Below are positions 40,340 through 57,385 of a DNA stretch of 64,000 bases, piece after piece. The notes under the pieces are model-generated. The model was not told the DNA's origin. It ran no database searches and was given only the letters and a program-made list of their open reading frames with translations. The DNA lies in NCBI GenBank assembly GCA_964016885.1, contig OZ024743.1:230330001-230394000 (forward strand), given 5' to 3'. Within the stretch, counting starts at the first letter, position 1, and each line of letters begins with the position of its first letter. The position numbers and the translations under genes were made by a program. The DNA is from Eledone cirrhosa (taxonomy: Eukaryota).

Positions 40340-40525
40340 ATTGTTTCTACTGTTGGCACAAGGCCAGCAATTAACCAGTACATTACTGGTACTTTATTTT
40401 ATCGACCCCGTAAGGATGAACGGCAATGTGAACCTCGGCGGGATTTGAACTCAGACCGTAAAGGGACGTAACTATGCTGGAAAGCATGGCGTCCGACTCC
40501 CTAGCGATACTGCCAATACACCGTT
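40340..40525 (-). mobile_element. tRNA-derived SINE
   Basis: Full-length reverse complement of the 7888/63379 family. Confidence 0.85.
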
Positions 40526-40934
40526 GCATACAAAATGTTACAAAAATGTCCTATATATAAATAAATGTGTCTGTTATATCGTATTATATATCCAAATGTA
40601 TGTATGAATGACTAATATATAATAGGCCAAATAACATGGAGTTAGCTGTTTCACATTTATATGTACACAGAAAGCCGAATTATTATCAACATATTTCCCA
40701 ACATCGAAGATGCTCAGACCTCATAGTATCACACCCGTTTTGTTTGTTAAATGCTGAAAAAAGTAAAATACATAAACGCCTATTATTACACCCGTAGATG
40801 CATGGCAAATTTTGCAAACTTATTTTGGGAATATACGTCTTCTATGCTGGGAAATACAGCATTTTTCTGAAACCAGCTGCATACTCAAAGGATTCAAATA
40901 GAGTAAGAACATCATATTATTATTTTATATGAAG

Positions 40935-41230
40935 CTTGAGTTGTATCCCACCTCTGTTAGCTTTGCCTCTCATCCTCACGTGGTCGATAAAATAAAGTAC
41001 CAGTGACGTTACTGGGGTCGATTCAATCGACTTTCCGCTCTCTGAAAATCGCTGGCCTTGTGCTAAATCAGAAACCAACGTTCTGAGTTCAAATCTCGCC
41101 GAGGACAAATTTGCCTTTCATGTTTACGGGGTCGATAAAGTAAAGCCCCAGTAAGTACCTGGGTTTATTTAATCGACTTTCCCCTCTCCTTCAAATTGCT
41201 GACCTTGTGCCTAAAGTAGAAAAAAATTAT
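40935..41230 (+). mobile_element. Two tandem 5'-truncated SINE copies
   Basis: Core gtcgataaaataaagtaccagt plus tail gctggccttgtgc occurs twice (40935-41078, 41080-41230). Confidence 0.75.
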
Positions 41231-43979
41231 TTCATCTAAGTTTAAGTGCAGCAGATCGGCAAAATTGTTTGTACCCAAAATTGTTTTGTGACATTTATTC
41301 ATGCTGTTTACTTTCAGTGTTCAAAACCTGGCAAGTTTGATTTTGGATCTATTCCATTGATATATGACTATACTACCTTACACATATATGAATGCCAGGT
41401 TGTATAACGTTGATCCACTATTCCATAATAGATGAAAGAAAATCGTTGTAATCATCATTCCTCCAACGAATTGTTGACCTTGTAGCTAAATTAGCAATTT
41501 CATTTAATCTTTATGTTTAACACATACCTGACGTGTTAGAGATATTTTGGAAAGTTAAATTTTAAAACGACTCTTTAGACCCAATGAATTATGTGATGGA
41601 TTTTTAGAAACATGGACCCTTCTATTATATATCGTGGTATATATTTAAACCAGACCTAAAAACACGAATATTTAATGCTACACCGTGACACAAATTCTTT
41701 GATAGCTAGTCACATTAAAAAATTAACTAAAATGCACGAATTATATATACTCAATTGATGCACAATTCTAGCATAATTTAAAAACGTTTACATGTAACAA
41801 TATCAATTTAAATTGAGCATTTGTGCTACAATTTGTTTAACGCCATAAGGATAAAGTAAATAATATACACAATAGAATGTTTGTCTTCTTTTCAGGAATT
41901 TCGATTTGATTCAATGAAACTCGTTAAAATTACGTCATCTATCACATATTAATCTGATTCTATTTATGAGAAAAATAATAATTAAGCTCAATTATAATAT
42001 AACGAGTTTAGTTCAAAATAGAAAAACGTAATGGCAAATCTATTAATAGTTATACAACTAATCCATTACTATTCAATTTAATTGTTTCAATTTGTATAAT
42101 ATATATAATATCTGAAGTATTTCGAATAGTGGATTAACGTTAAACATCCGTGTATTAATATATTGTAATATATTAAGAGAACACGGAAATTAACATGTAA
42201 GTGACTGAACAGTGAACAGTAACACAGACGAGACTAAAGTTAGTTGGACATGCTCACCGACATTCAGAGTTAACACTGCATCCATTGTTCCTGTGGGAGC
42301 CTCTACACGCACACACTAGAAGATGGAGGCCGAGGTTGACATATGTCGAAGCCCTAATGACAAATACAGGTCTTTTTGAGACGCGGGAAATGGTGGTGAT
42401 GATAAAGGACAGAGACCGATGAAGAGAACTCGTCCATGGATCTCGGGAAGTTTACCTACCCTAGATAGAGAGTGACTGAACATTCCACAGAGACTTGTAC
42501 CATTAACATAAATCTCATAAATATTCAGTGTCAGGGATAAAACCAGCTCTTTGAATTACCGATACAGTCCATGCTATGGGCTTCCAAACAGTTTCTGCAT
42601 ATCCAATATCAATCACAAGGCTTCATCGAACCGTGGCTGTTGTAGATGAAATTTGTCCAAGTTGCCAAGAAATGGGATCAACCCCTGGTCCTAATGATTG
42701 TGAAGTGGATTTCTTAGCCATTTAGAGATACTGTGTCAAATATACCATTTTCATATTTAGCTCAGAAATGTTTTTTTCCAGAGTATATGCTACTTTTGCC
42801 ACTAGAGTAATCTGGTGCCGTTACAGAATCTCCTGAGTTTTGTATGTGTCACTCTTTCTGCTACAAATTATCTGACTTTATGTTCTTACACATTGGAAAA
42901 TATAGAATAGTATCGGCAGGAAAGCCTTTGCACTTAGGCCGGCGTGGTCATGTCCTGGCTGATATGGAGCAAAGAAAATCATAAAAAATACACCAACAAT
43001 CACCGTACTACCATTATAGGCTTCAGAATCTTTCTATGTTTGATATACTTTCTCATTTGAAATAACATCGCATCCTTATCTCTTTGTCTACCACCCATAA
43101 ACCACGCGACTCGCTGATATTCCTTCACTCTTTCATTCATTTAACTTGAATTACATTCCCTTTTTATCTTTTATCTTTCTACATGTCTTTTCTGTGTTGT
43201 CATCCACTCACCCTCACCCCATTCTTTATCTGATATTTTGTCTCTGTCCATAGATAACATTTAATACCCGTCTATCAAGCTTTATCCATATTCACATACC
43301 CCCACACACGTCAACGTAAAAGCCTCTTCGTAGTCCCCGAACCTGCTAGAAACATTGTACAAATCAGCCACAAAGCACGCCCAAGAGTCCTAAAAAAAGA
43401 AGGCCACATTGTTGTATCAAACACACTATATCTGAAAATTAACTGAACAACGAATACGGGAACGTAGAATCACATATTTATATATTTAGATAAACATTCT
43501 AAAACACATCCATATAGTCACAGAAACACATACTATAACTTTGTAAAAGCATATAAAAACAAAGGTATAGTATAACCAGAAATGTACGACATAATCACAT
43601 AACCTAACATTCACCCAACCACATAACTTATACAGACATACAACACACATAAAATCATTCAGTCAAATATACATATATATACATAAAACCTCACAGAAAC
43701 AGAAGCTTATAGTAATGCACACATACATAAAACCACACATTTGCGACAACAGTGTTCCAGCTGCTTCATAAAGAACAGCGTTCACGTAAAATTGATCTCC
43801 CTTCACACAACGATGTATAGGTATTACGGTATGGACATACAATTATTCTACTGCCTCCAAATAGCATCCAAATCTCCCTCAAATATATGTCTCGTAAATA
43901 CTAAAAAAACACTAAATATAAAATCCTTCTCATCAACACGAAACCTATTGCGTGCATAGTCGAAACAAAGTTACTAATA

Positions 43980-44205
43980 AATAATGGTTAATAGTATAGG
44001 CACAATGCCAGTAATTTGTGGTAGGGTGGGGTGCGGGGAGTCAATTAAATCGAACCCAGTGCGTGACTGGTTCTTTATTTTATCGACCCAGTAATGATGA
44101 ATGACAAAGTTAACCTCGGCGGGATTTGAACTCAGATCACAAAGTGCCGTAACTCTATGCTGCAAAGCATGGCATCCGACTATCTATCGATACTGTTAAT
44201 CCACC
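43980..44205 (-). mobile_element. tRNA-derived SINE
   Basis: Reverse-complement core and box B (gggatttgaactcag). Confidence 0.8.
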
Positions 44206-44454
44206 GCGCTAAGTTACTAATAAATAATTTCAATAATAAATTCGATTGCCAATATGAATGTACTAAGCTTTTGAAATCGAACTGCATGTTTTCCATGAAT
44301 GAACGACATTCTTCCTCCGACTGATTATGCACATATGATAAAGAGCAATTTCAATGCGCTTCACTAGGAAACACAAACCAAAACGAAAATCATTAGGGAA
44401 GAGTACAACCATAATGGACAGAAATCAAAAATATTCGAGAACTACACTAATCAA

Positions 44455-45089
44455 TCTAATCTATAATAAAGTAAGAAGCGCGGGACTGCGTACGGTTTAT
44501 CCTTTTTTATCCCCTTAGTAAAATAAGTTGGATTACTTTGAATAAATAATTGTTTCTACTTTTGGCACAAGGCCAGCAATTACCCGGTACATTACTGTTA
44601 CTTTATTTTATCGACCCCGTAAGGATGAAAGGCAAAGTTAACCTCGGTCGGATTTGAACTCAGATCATAAAGGGACGTAACTATGCTGGAAAGCATGTCC
44701 GACCCTCTACCGATACTCCCAATTCAATAATGAATGAATATTACATAATTTATCTACTAAATTTCGTGGCTGTTCATTAAATATATTTTAGTGTTTATTT
44801 AAAGATTCACTTCTTCCGGTTAGCGATTGTTTAAATAAATATTTTTATATTTCCGTCACTAATTTTCTCCTAATGCAGTTTATATATAATATCGTCTTTA
44901 TAAAATGTATCATGGATTCCGTTACTGATTACATAAGACAGTGTAACACCGTCTTCATTCAATTTCTTTGTATATTGTCAATTACGATTTTATTTGATGT
45001 ATCATATCTACATGTATATATACTTGCGTATAATATAAACACTTCATATGCTAGCAGAAAAACCACCCGACGGATGGTTTTTCTGCTAG
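44455..45089 (+). mobile_element. Non-autonomous Helitron interrupted by a SINE
   Basis: A|TCTAATCTATAATAAAG...CTAG|T; terminal stem ctagcagaaaaacca/tggtttttctgctag (45051-45089). Confidence 0.85.
44551..44725 (-). mobile_element. SINE nested in the Helitron, with apparent aataat target-site duplication
   Basis: The empty site tttgaataaataatgaatgaatattac is seen at ~22371; here it is split by the SINE. Confidence 0.85.
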
Positions 45090-45243
45090 TTATGATAAAT
45101 ATTGAAAGGAAACCCAGACAATATATAATAGTGAGAAACAAATATAAAAACCTGACTAGGGTCATAAAATACTAACACTCAATATACAAATCTCAGTGCC
45201 GCACGGCATAAGCTCAGCAGCATGAAATGAACCAATATCACGG

Positions 45244-45284
45244 TATCCTGAAGATGTGACCGTAAACGTTCAGAAACGCTGATA
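45244..45284 (+). ncRNA. Degenerate minimal hammerhead motif
   Basis: tatc-CTGAAGA-tgtgaccgtaaacgttca-GAAA-cg-CT-gata; U16.1 is replaced by C. Confidence 0.45.
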
Positions 45285-45485
45285 GTATATTTAGGAAAGG
45301 TAATATTAAAAACAACTGCATCGAATCCGAATGAAAGATGAAAATAAAAAGTGTTATCGAAAGAAGCCATCACGGGAACATAGTCCTGTGTTATGCATGT
45401 CTAAAGGCATGATTAATCCCTATACACTCCACTCCACCGACAGTATATATATATATATATATATGTGTGTTGTGTGTGGGTGTGT

Positions 45486-45578
<93 letters not shown>

Positions 45579-45692
45579 ACATATTCCTTATCTCTCGCAT
45601 CCTTTCTTTTAATATGCCGCAGTCCCCCTCGGTCTCTCTCTCTCTCTTACTCTGTATATATGTATATATATATATATATATTAGAAAGTGAG

Positions 45693-45723
<31 letters not shown>

Positions 45724-47817
45724 TTGAAAGTGCGTATATATATGTGTGTATTTTGTTAGTGCTTGTGTTTATATATGTGTAAATGCATATATTCTGTTTT
45801 CCTTTCACCATTGTTCTATATTTAAATGAGTGGGTGTAGATCCACTTGATGAATGATAGGTGGAGGTATTTTGCTCATACATTTTTACTGGGGACAAAAG
45901 ACCATATGTGTGTGTATATATATATATATATACACACATAGGGTCTTTTGTATATATATATATATCCACACACGTAGAGACACTCACAAATTTATAGCTG
46001 GATATATAGATATATGTTTGTATGGGGTCTACAAAAACAGTTAAGCTAACGCTAACACAAACATGACAACCCGAGTGAAAGAAGGCATAGTTATCGGTAT
46101 ATAGTATATAATAAATGACTCAGATTTAAAATATAAATAAATTCATTATATATCTACCCTTAAGAAAAAGATACGTCCGTGTGTTTATTTATTTATCGTG
46201 ATTTATAAAGAAGGGCTGGTCGGATGTGGAGCTTTGTTTTGTGTTATTGTTGTTGCTTTATTTATAGAATTTTTGTTCCTTCCTTTCTTCTTTCGTTTAT
46301 GATCATTTTTTTCTTTTTAATCTATGATTTATAATGTGTATGTTTTCGAACAGTGACAAAAGAATTGTTAAGTCAAGGGTTTGTATGAATGAAATAATAA
46401 AGAACAGAATGAGTGGTAGAATAAAAGATCCAGTGGAAAAATGTATGGATAATGAATGAATGGACGAATGGAGGAATAAGTAAAAGTGTGTATGTTGCTG
46501 TGTGAGTGTATGTGCTTGTCCCTCCATATTACAGGTGCTTGAATAACGGAATGCCCTGTGTGTGGTGTTAACGTGAAAGTGGCTGAGCATTCAACAAGCA
46601 TGTGTAGCAGCAAAAAATTTCTGAGGGAGATTAATCAAACGGATAGGGCCGCCACTATGAATTACATGTACAACTCATTTTCGCCAACTATGCGGGCAAA
46701 AGCAAAGTTAATTAAAGTGTTATGTTGAAGTACACGTTGCGCTGCTGAGAATTGAACTGAGGACCCGCAGCCGAATAACCTAACCACTAATCCAGGAACG
46801 AGTAAATGAATTGATGAATAATAAATAACTAAGTCGGGGAATGAAAGGCGGGAAAATTTAAAGGGAAGATCAATACTGAAACGTCTATGACCAAAAGCAA
46901 CACAGTATACAAACACCTCCTTGTTGACATCAAACTGCTAGAAATAGCAATAACATTCCCCACCAATCTCCAATCCTTAAAATAAGGAAAAACACATTTA
47001 ACAATAATGAAAATTGTTACGCTTCTAACGTATACTGGGCCTGTGTTAACCTAGTGCTAAACAACAGTAACACTAATACCACTACCGACAAGAACGCCAC
47101 CAATAACAAGTATCACAACAGCATGCTCACTCTACTGCTAAAGACAGCAGTTATGTCTCCCTCAATTCCCAGCAAAAATTGTCTAACTAAATGTTAAATG
47201 ATTTACCGAATTTCAAACCGCTTATCACACACAAAATCGACCGGATTGTCGTGGTGGGTTTGTCATTCCCTAATAGTCTTCTAAATAAAGTTTGGCTAGG
47301 AGCTAAACATGAAAAAAAACTTCACTACAATCTTTCCGCCCACACTAACCACCCATACACTTATAAACTCCGCCAACGACATCGTATCTAACCACCATCC
47401 CAATCTTACGTTACTTATTCTATTTTTGATGAAGTTTTTTTTTTTTTTTCCTAGACGCGATAACATAACCATTAAATAAACATTGGCAATAGAATTGTCT
47501 TTTTGTTTTATATTTATTATTGAATTATTTGTTTATTTATATAATTTACTTTCTATTTTTTACATTTTCCCGCGACGGTGTTATACTGAGATTTACAGTA
47601 ACCAGGATATTAAACATCATCATAATTATCACCAACATAATCATCATCATCATCATAATGATTATGATGATGATTATCAACATTATTACAATGACTTGTT
47701 ACTAGTCTACTAAACGTCAGAAGTTGATAAAGCACAATGATATATATATATCTGTGTATGTGTGTGTGTGTAGGTATATCTGCGTGGGTATATATGTGTA
47801 TATATATACATACATAT

Positions 47818-47990
47818 ATTTATATACCAACATTACACATGATTTAGGAATAAAGAAGGTTAAATACTGGGTGGAAAAACATAGAGAAGTGATTCCCACC
47901 AGATTCACAGTGCCATTTATATTAGACGCAGTCAGACTTATTCTGGAAAACACCATATTCTTCTTCAATGGAAAGAATTACATCCAAAGT
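47818..47990 (+). pseudogene. Penelope-like RT fragment
   Basis: LYTNITHDLGI..VKYW..RF..FIL..ILENTIFFFNGKNYIQ matches the PLE RT region from SLYTNIPH to NxFxF. Confidence 0.8.
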
Positions 47991-48054
47991 TGGAATTCCT
48001 TTTATTAATATAAATAAATATAGATGTACATATATATATATTTTTTCCTTCATT

Positions 48055-48465
<411 letters not shown>

Positions 48466-48480
48466 TATATATATATATTT

Positions 48481-50092
<1,612 letters not shown>

Positions 50093-50107
50093 GTTTATAT
50101 ATATATG

Positions 50108-50138
<31 letters not shown>

Positions 50139-51454
50139 TTGCAGCAATATACGCAATATACGTGTGTAAAATGTCAAAAGGAAAACAGTGCTCAATCTGG
50201 AAAAGAGCAGAGATATTATATCATTTATTTATGTTCATACACGGTACGAAAGAGCTAACCAAGTTTTCAAGCCCAATATTGACCTCACCACCGGAATACA
50301 CGAGGCATCAATATTGTGGCCTATCTTACGGCGTTTATACGAGTTTATACGAGTTTAAAAATAATACATGTTAAACGCGCTAGTTTACGAATAAAACGTA
50401 ATATTACAAAAAGAAATATATATATATACGGCGGGTGTATAGCTATGTGCTTGTGTGTGTTTGTGAGTGTGTGTTTGTAATTACATGAATGTGTTTGAGG
50501 TATTCATATTTCGGAATTACGAAATTTCCATAGTGTCTTCAGCTCATCTATAATTAATAAGCGTGGGCACAGCATGGAGGACTCGTTAGGAAGTTCATTG
50601 TGCATTCATGATGATCCAGCTTCGATTCTACTATATTCATGATGATCCAGCTTCGATTCTACTATAGGATCTTCGATCCTACTGGAACCCTCTACAAGGT
50701 AGTATCGAAGCTGGATCATCGTCTTGCGCTAGTGTCATCTACTATAGACACGTGTAGAGGAATGCTTTAGGAGATGGAAGGATTAGCTATACCTGTGATT
50801 GAAAGGGGAAACTTTGTCACACACTGTTCCGCTGAACCACAATGAGAATTATATAAAGGATTAACGTGTCATTAGAATGCTCACCACTTACAAGTTAATT
50901 CCTTGAGCAGATTGTTCCATTTATCGATGACCTGGAACACTCTTCGTCAAAACCTACAAGGTCTATTCCATTCTGTATGTATATGACATTTTATGTTCTC
51001 TTTTACGAAGTTTTCGTACCCTATTCAGTTATTCTATAGTTCAACTATTCCATAGTATAAATTTGCTTGTCATAATAAATTCATTGCTCTTCAGCTCCAG
51101 GCGTATCATCATCAAATGCATTGTAGCTGCGATCATTCTGTCTTTTTATAGGCTTTCTAATATTGTAATTTCTAATATGTTTTATCCATTGATTAATATA
51201 CAATTTGACTGCTATTTTTACTGCCTCAATCTCCTCTCGAATTCGGTGCTGCTGCACTCTTAAGGTTATAGATATGATAACATTCCCAATGTCACAATCA
51301 TGTTAAATGTTAAAGAAATTTACGCTAGATACCTATAGCTATACACATCTCCAAACACAAACACATTATTATTTTCTTGAAGAGAGTTCTGTTAAAACCG
51401 AAAGTGTATCCTCATTAAATGAAAGTACACAATACGTAAAGTAGAGAAGCCATT

Positions 51455-51640
51455 ATTGGCAGTATCGGTAGAGAGTCTGATGCCATGCTTTGCAACAAAG
51501 TGTTACGGCCCTTTATGGCCTGAGTTCAAATCCTGCCGAGGTTAACTTTGCTTTTCATACTTACGGGGTCGATACAATAAAGTAACAGTAATACACTGGA
51601 ATAATTGCTGGCCTTGTGCCAAAAGTAGAAACAATTATAT
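51455..51640 (+). mobile_element. tRNA-derived SINE
   Basis: Full-length family copy. Confidence 0.85.
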
Positions 51641-52488
51641 TTCGTCGTGTGATCGTGTGATGATTTTACAAGACTAATCCTGTTTTATTCTGTGATGATA
51701 TCCTCAGAAAGCCATCTGTTGATTTCCTCAGTAAATGAATCAGAGCTTTCTTCACCGTAAGAATAATCAATTGTTGGTTTTTGCGAAGATAATATATATC
51801 AGTCGAAGCTTCGATATACTGTACACCCTGTGTTTACTACAGGATGTATATAAGTGTACGTACAAATTGTTCACAAGTCTTTCAGAAGTTTTAAATATAT
51901 GTTGATAAGCAAAGTTAAGAAAGATAAGTGTGATATTCTGCTAAAAGTGTCTAGATGTCTGAGTGCGTTGTCCTGCAAAAGTCACCTATCAACATGTAAG
52001 TGTATGTGCACGTGCGTACAAATATTGACGTGAGCCCCGTTGAGTAGGTAAGAAATTCGCGTCGCAATAATATCTTTATCTTAACCTCAACTTGGTCTAC
52101 GTCATTCGAGTGAAATTGTGTTGACGAAAACTGTGGCAATGCCCGTCCGATTGTTTTGTGTTGCACTCTTTCTCCTTGAAAATTACTTTAAAAATACAAG
52201 AGCTTGTGAAATACTCATCCACATACACGTTACATTATGTGTCGGTCGCTGCAGTGTTGGACGAATGACAGAATGCATATCGCCGAAACAGAAGGAGGAT
52301 TCATCATTATAGAAAAAATTATTTACTCCACTTTTTAAGAAATAAATATTTACTGTTCATTGAAGGTTATTTTAATATAAGATTTAAAATATAAATATAT
52401 TACAGGATAAAGTGGCAAGCATTGGGGGAAAAGGAAGTCAGGACCATGTATGCTGATACTATTGCATCGAAATTCAGGACAAAAATGG

Positions 52489-52528
<40 letters not shown>

Positions 52529-52590
52529 CAACTAGAAATTGATTAACATATAAATAAACACATGAATAAACACATGAATAATCTCAATTT

Positions 52591-52638
<48 letters not shown>

Positions 52639-55600
52639 AATATAGGCATATCTTTATACACGTACGTACATATATACATACCTGTCTAAATACATATACA
52701 TATATAAGTGCTTAAATACATAAATATGTTCATCAGTATGTATATACAGATACACAAACACGCACACACATATATATATATATTTATATATATATAGAGA
52801 GAGAGATAGAAAGATAGATATCTTTCTTTATTTGCCACAGGGACATACAAAAATGGGACATTACAAGACGTGACGGCGGGGGTTTTACATAAAATCTTTA
52901 ACAATGATGAATAACAATAAACTATATATAAAATAAAACAATCGAAATCCCCATGGGGGGGGGGGGTCGTTACTGCGGGGTTGTTTTACACCCCTTGGAT
53001 AGAACAACCATCAACACCAGAACACGTTTTGTAGATAGATATATAGATAGATATACACATATACATATGTGTGTTTCAGTGGATACATACATTCGTATTT
53101 AAATACACATATAGATACAAAAGTACATAGACACTCGTGTATCCCACGTTAGTTAAACATATATATTCACATATTCATATATATTCACATTCATACCATA
53201 TTTTTAATAAACATTCGACATAAATTTGCTCAAGTAAATAAAAAGTATGTATATATGTACATATATGTCTGTTCACCTGTACAACACACACACACAGACA
53301 AACATATATATATTATATATATATATATTGTGTGTGTGTGTGTCTGTGTGTATTATAAAATGTGTGAACATTCGTATGTACTATGTATGACTTCGTCTGT
53401 ATGTGTGTAATGGAAGTCTACGTCAACCTATTTTTATTTTTACAAAAAAACAAATATTTTATAAATAATATCTCTACATATAAACAATCTATTACATCTG
53501 TTATATTATTTTTGTATTAAGCCTGCTGTTTACTTTTTATAAAACAAATTTCAGAATGTAATGTGTTCATTGTTGTGTGTTTCACAAATTTGTGTAGCAA
53601 GGAGGAGAAAGTAGAATGGGAAAGAATAGAAAAAGGAGAACGTTATAAGCAAGGAGGTTCGGGCGAGCTATGAAATTAAATTTACTTTGGAATGCACTAA
53701 ATAACAATATTTCATCCGTTCAAACGTGGAGATATTGTTATTTATATTATTGTCGTTTAGTCTAAAGTCGAGTAGAGAACATTTATCAGTTTGTTATGAA
53801 ATGGTTGTTAGGTAGAAATAATATTACAACAATGACTCCTTAAATGTCTCGTCTTTGTGTGTGTGTGTTTGTTGGTGCTTTCTTTATATTCAAGTCTCGG
53901 TATTTAAAAAGACATTGTATACACCTTCACAAACACACACACATTTATAAATATATTCATATATATAATTTCACGTATAATTTTATATATATATTTCTGT
54001 TTATATATATATATATTATTTTCTCTAAATTTGGCTGCTGGTATTTATGTATTATTACTATGTATATTACTATGTAATATGAAAAAAAAAATACTGTTAT
54101 CATAATTTTGAAGCTCAAGCTTACTTATCTGATGTATTTTAAAAAAATGATTTGTTTATATCATTATATATTTATTTGCTTTCTTTATATCTCTTGTTTG
54201 TATTGTAATCGTGTCGTATCCGAAGGGGAAAACATATTTATTAGAAATTATACAGTCCCCGAAATAACAGTTTTATATATTTATAAAAAAAAGTGTTGTA
54301 AATATTTATGTACGTACACTTCAGTTCTGTTTTGAGTTCGATCCTTGTCACATTTTATTTTAAAATTATCATATTGTCATGGAATCAGTGAATTGTTTTC
54401 AACCGATCACTTCAAGTTTGTGTTCTTATTTTAATGTCAATTCGACGAATAGATTGGCTAAATCATTCGAGTGGTTTATTACATGTTTTAGTATTTGTTC
54501 TGACTTTTTGCATTTAAATTGAATATCTACTGTTGGTTTAGATGAAATAGTTTATAAACATTACACTATTTACTACTGTAAATGTCACAGAGTAAATGAT
54601 GCAGTGCTCTTCCGTATTAACGTTGTCGTTGTAGCATAGATACTAGGCTTGTGGTACGGCAGCGAACGTACTGAATTTATATATCTAAAATCAGTTCTTA
54701 TGTTATTTTTATATGGGTGTGTTGCACCTCGACCAGTCTTGAGTCTGTTGTTCGACTAACAGAATAGCCTCCTCACAATATGAATGTAAATGTGGATTAG
54801 CATTCCAGAAACACGTGTATTTGACACTGAGATACGAGGTAGATTTTGTGTAACCCAGTGTATGACGAAACAAACAATTTAGACATGAACAACTGTTTCG
54901 CCAGCTGAATGGACCAGAATAACGCGACATAATGTATTTTGGTCAAGGACGCTACGTGCTTTCTGCAAACCTCCGATGGTTAACCAGGCATCCAAACCAT
55001 TAAACCACATGCGTTCTTCTTTGCTAAAGGCATACATGTATGTGTTCAATAAGTTCTCTATAGAAATTCTCGGTGCATTCACATTACTGTCAGTTAGCCG
55101 AAACTATGTAAAACTTAAAATCAGAAAAGCTGCTCAAGCCCATCGGAATGACTGCAATAGTAATTCTTCGATCATATATGTGTTGGATTAGAAATGTCTT
55201 GATTACAAGCAATATATTTAACCAAATGTGTATATAGACTGCTTTTAGAGGTTAACCACAACTATCATGTCTCAACCAAGTGATGTAACTTGAGATTAGT
55301 TAATACCAATACCAGTCATGAGGAGACGATCACAGCTGGAGCGCTATAGAGAATCTGTTTGCTCAACATAGCTGACCTGCATCTAGGCAATAATTTCAAC
55401 TTCAGTATTAACTACAAGAACTCAATATCCAAATGATTTACTCGCCAACTAATGTCAGATATTATACAAATATGGGGTATATAGGGATGGACGTCTTTCC
55501 TCATAGATCTGTTCAATTAGAGACATATGGCCTAATGCTAAACAACAGAGTTTTCTCTGCAAACATAATTCACTAGTGCAATCTAATATGAAATAAGGTG

Positions 55601-56264
55601 ATACAGTATGCTGCGTAATTCCCATTTGTTGCTACATCCATATTTTATTTTCCTGTCCTTTCTATCGGTAGCCTAATGTCGATTGTACTTTCTTTACTCT
55701 GATCTGTCTGTCTGACTATCTGTTCTATTCTGTTGGTTTTGCAATCCATAAGAGTGGTGGCATGGTATCGATAGGACGCACTTTGCTTCGCTCTCAGATC
55801 TGTCTACCTATCTATTGGTTCTTTTTGTTTCATAACACACACGCATCATAACAGCAGAAGGGTTAATATTTTTTTCTGTTGCAGGATCCAGCACTTTAAA
55901 ATGGTATTGTCAATTAAATTGTGCGAAAACATTTTGCTGTCTGAGAGCTGATGAAGGTGAAGATGTGTGTGTGTGTGTGAACTTGTCTTGTATACCGCCT
56001 TTCTATATTTCCGTTTTCTAGATACTTCTATGCACCAAAACATTTCTTTCCTTTCTCCTCGATCAATCTTTTCTATATTTTATCTGCCTGTCACACCCCT
56101 ACTTGATTGTTACTCGCCAACCACTGGCAGATGATCTCTGTCCGATTAAGCATATTTGTCCATCGCTGTCTTTGACAGCCTTTGGCTGTTTTAACAGCTG
56201 TTTTAGCGTTGAGGTTTCTCATTTTCTATGAACTCATATATATATATATATACATAAATATGTA

Positions 56265-56338
<74 letters not shown>

Positions 56339-56342
<4 letters not shown>

Positions 56343-56516
56343 AAAAGAGTCAAGACCCCGACGGCTGAGCTCCGGCCGTTTCGACAGCTAGACCCGAAAC
56401 AGCCAGAGCTCAGCCGTCGAGGTCCTGACTCTTTTCCATTTACCCACTCTACTACCCTAAGTATCGAGTACTCTGGTGTGTTATGGTCCACCTTGTTCCT
56501 TACCACACTTTCTTTG

Positions 56517-56520
<4 letters not shown>
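56339..56520 (+). mobile_element. ~180-bp repeat with long fold-back hairpin (56341-56437), inserted in (TA)n
   Basis: ggaaaagagtca..gacggctgagctc..gtttcg / cgaaac..gagctcagccgtc..tgactcttttcc. Homologous to 59543-59738 in the opposite orientation. Confidence 0.8.
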
Positions 56521-56567
<47 letters not shown>

Positions 56568-57385
56568 CGTGTGTGTGTGTGTGCATACACACACACTCAT
56601 ATTATTTTACTCTTTTACCAGTTCCAGCCATCCGGCTGAGGCCATACATTTATATATGAATTAAAGTAAAAAAAGGAGAGTATTAATTCGTTTGGTTATT
56701 GGTTACCAACCAATATAATACATTTAATTTTTTTTTAACCCTTTTATTTTACCTGATCTTATTTCATACTATTTACTAATTTATTTAACCATTTGCTCAT
56801 TATATAACTTCCTTCTATATAACCCACTTTTTGTTGTTAATTATTCACATAAAAATACTCAATCAGCCTATAATTCCGGCCAATAAATAGTCATATCCCC
56901 AAAACACTCACCACTGCCCCCCATATTCCTATCATGGGTGTATTTACATCTACATTAATACATATATATCACGAATATTTTCTAAAACATCTTTGTTTTC
57001 CCATTCGAAGCCGTATGTGCGACCCAATTTAGCAAATGTAATCATGAACAACTTTAAATGCAATTTTCTGAAACATTATAATTAACAACATATGTGATAT
57101 GAACATTCTTAGAATCACACATCCGATTCAATAAGCAATATAAAATGCAAATTTTTTGCTTCATAATTAGTATTTTTTTTCATTCAAACACGCACAGAAA
57201 CCCACATCTCTCACCACACACATATATATATATATACATACATATATATATATATACACATACACACACTTATATATATATATATATATACACAACCACC
57301 ATAGTTTCTAATACATTAACATATTTGCTCTAACTACATTATTTATTCATCTACTTATTAATCTATATGTGCAAACATTGATAAC

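Noticed and set aside
50515-50548. Minus-strand CTGAAGA-cactatg-GAAA
   Set aside because: Stems I and III do not pair; probably a chance match.
53687-53735. Short inverted repeat aaataacaatat/atattgttattt
   Set aside because: AT-rich, single copy, no TSD or family evidence.
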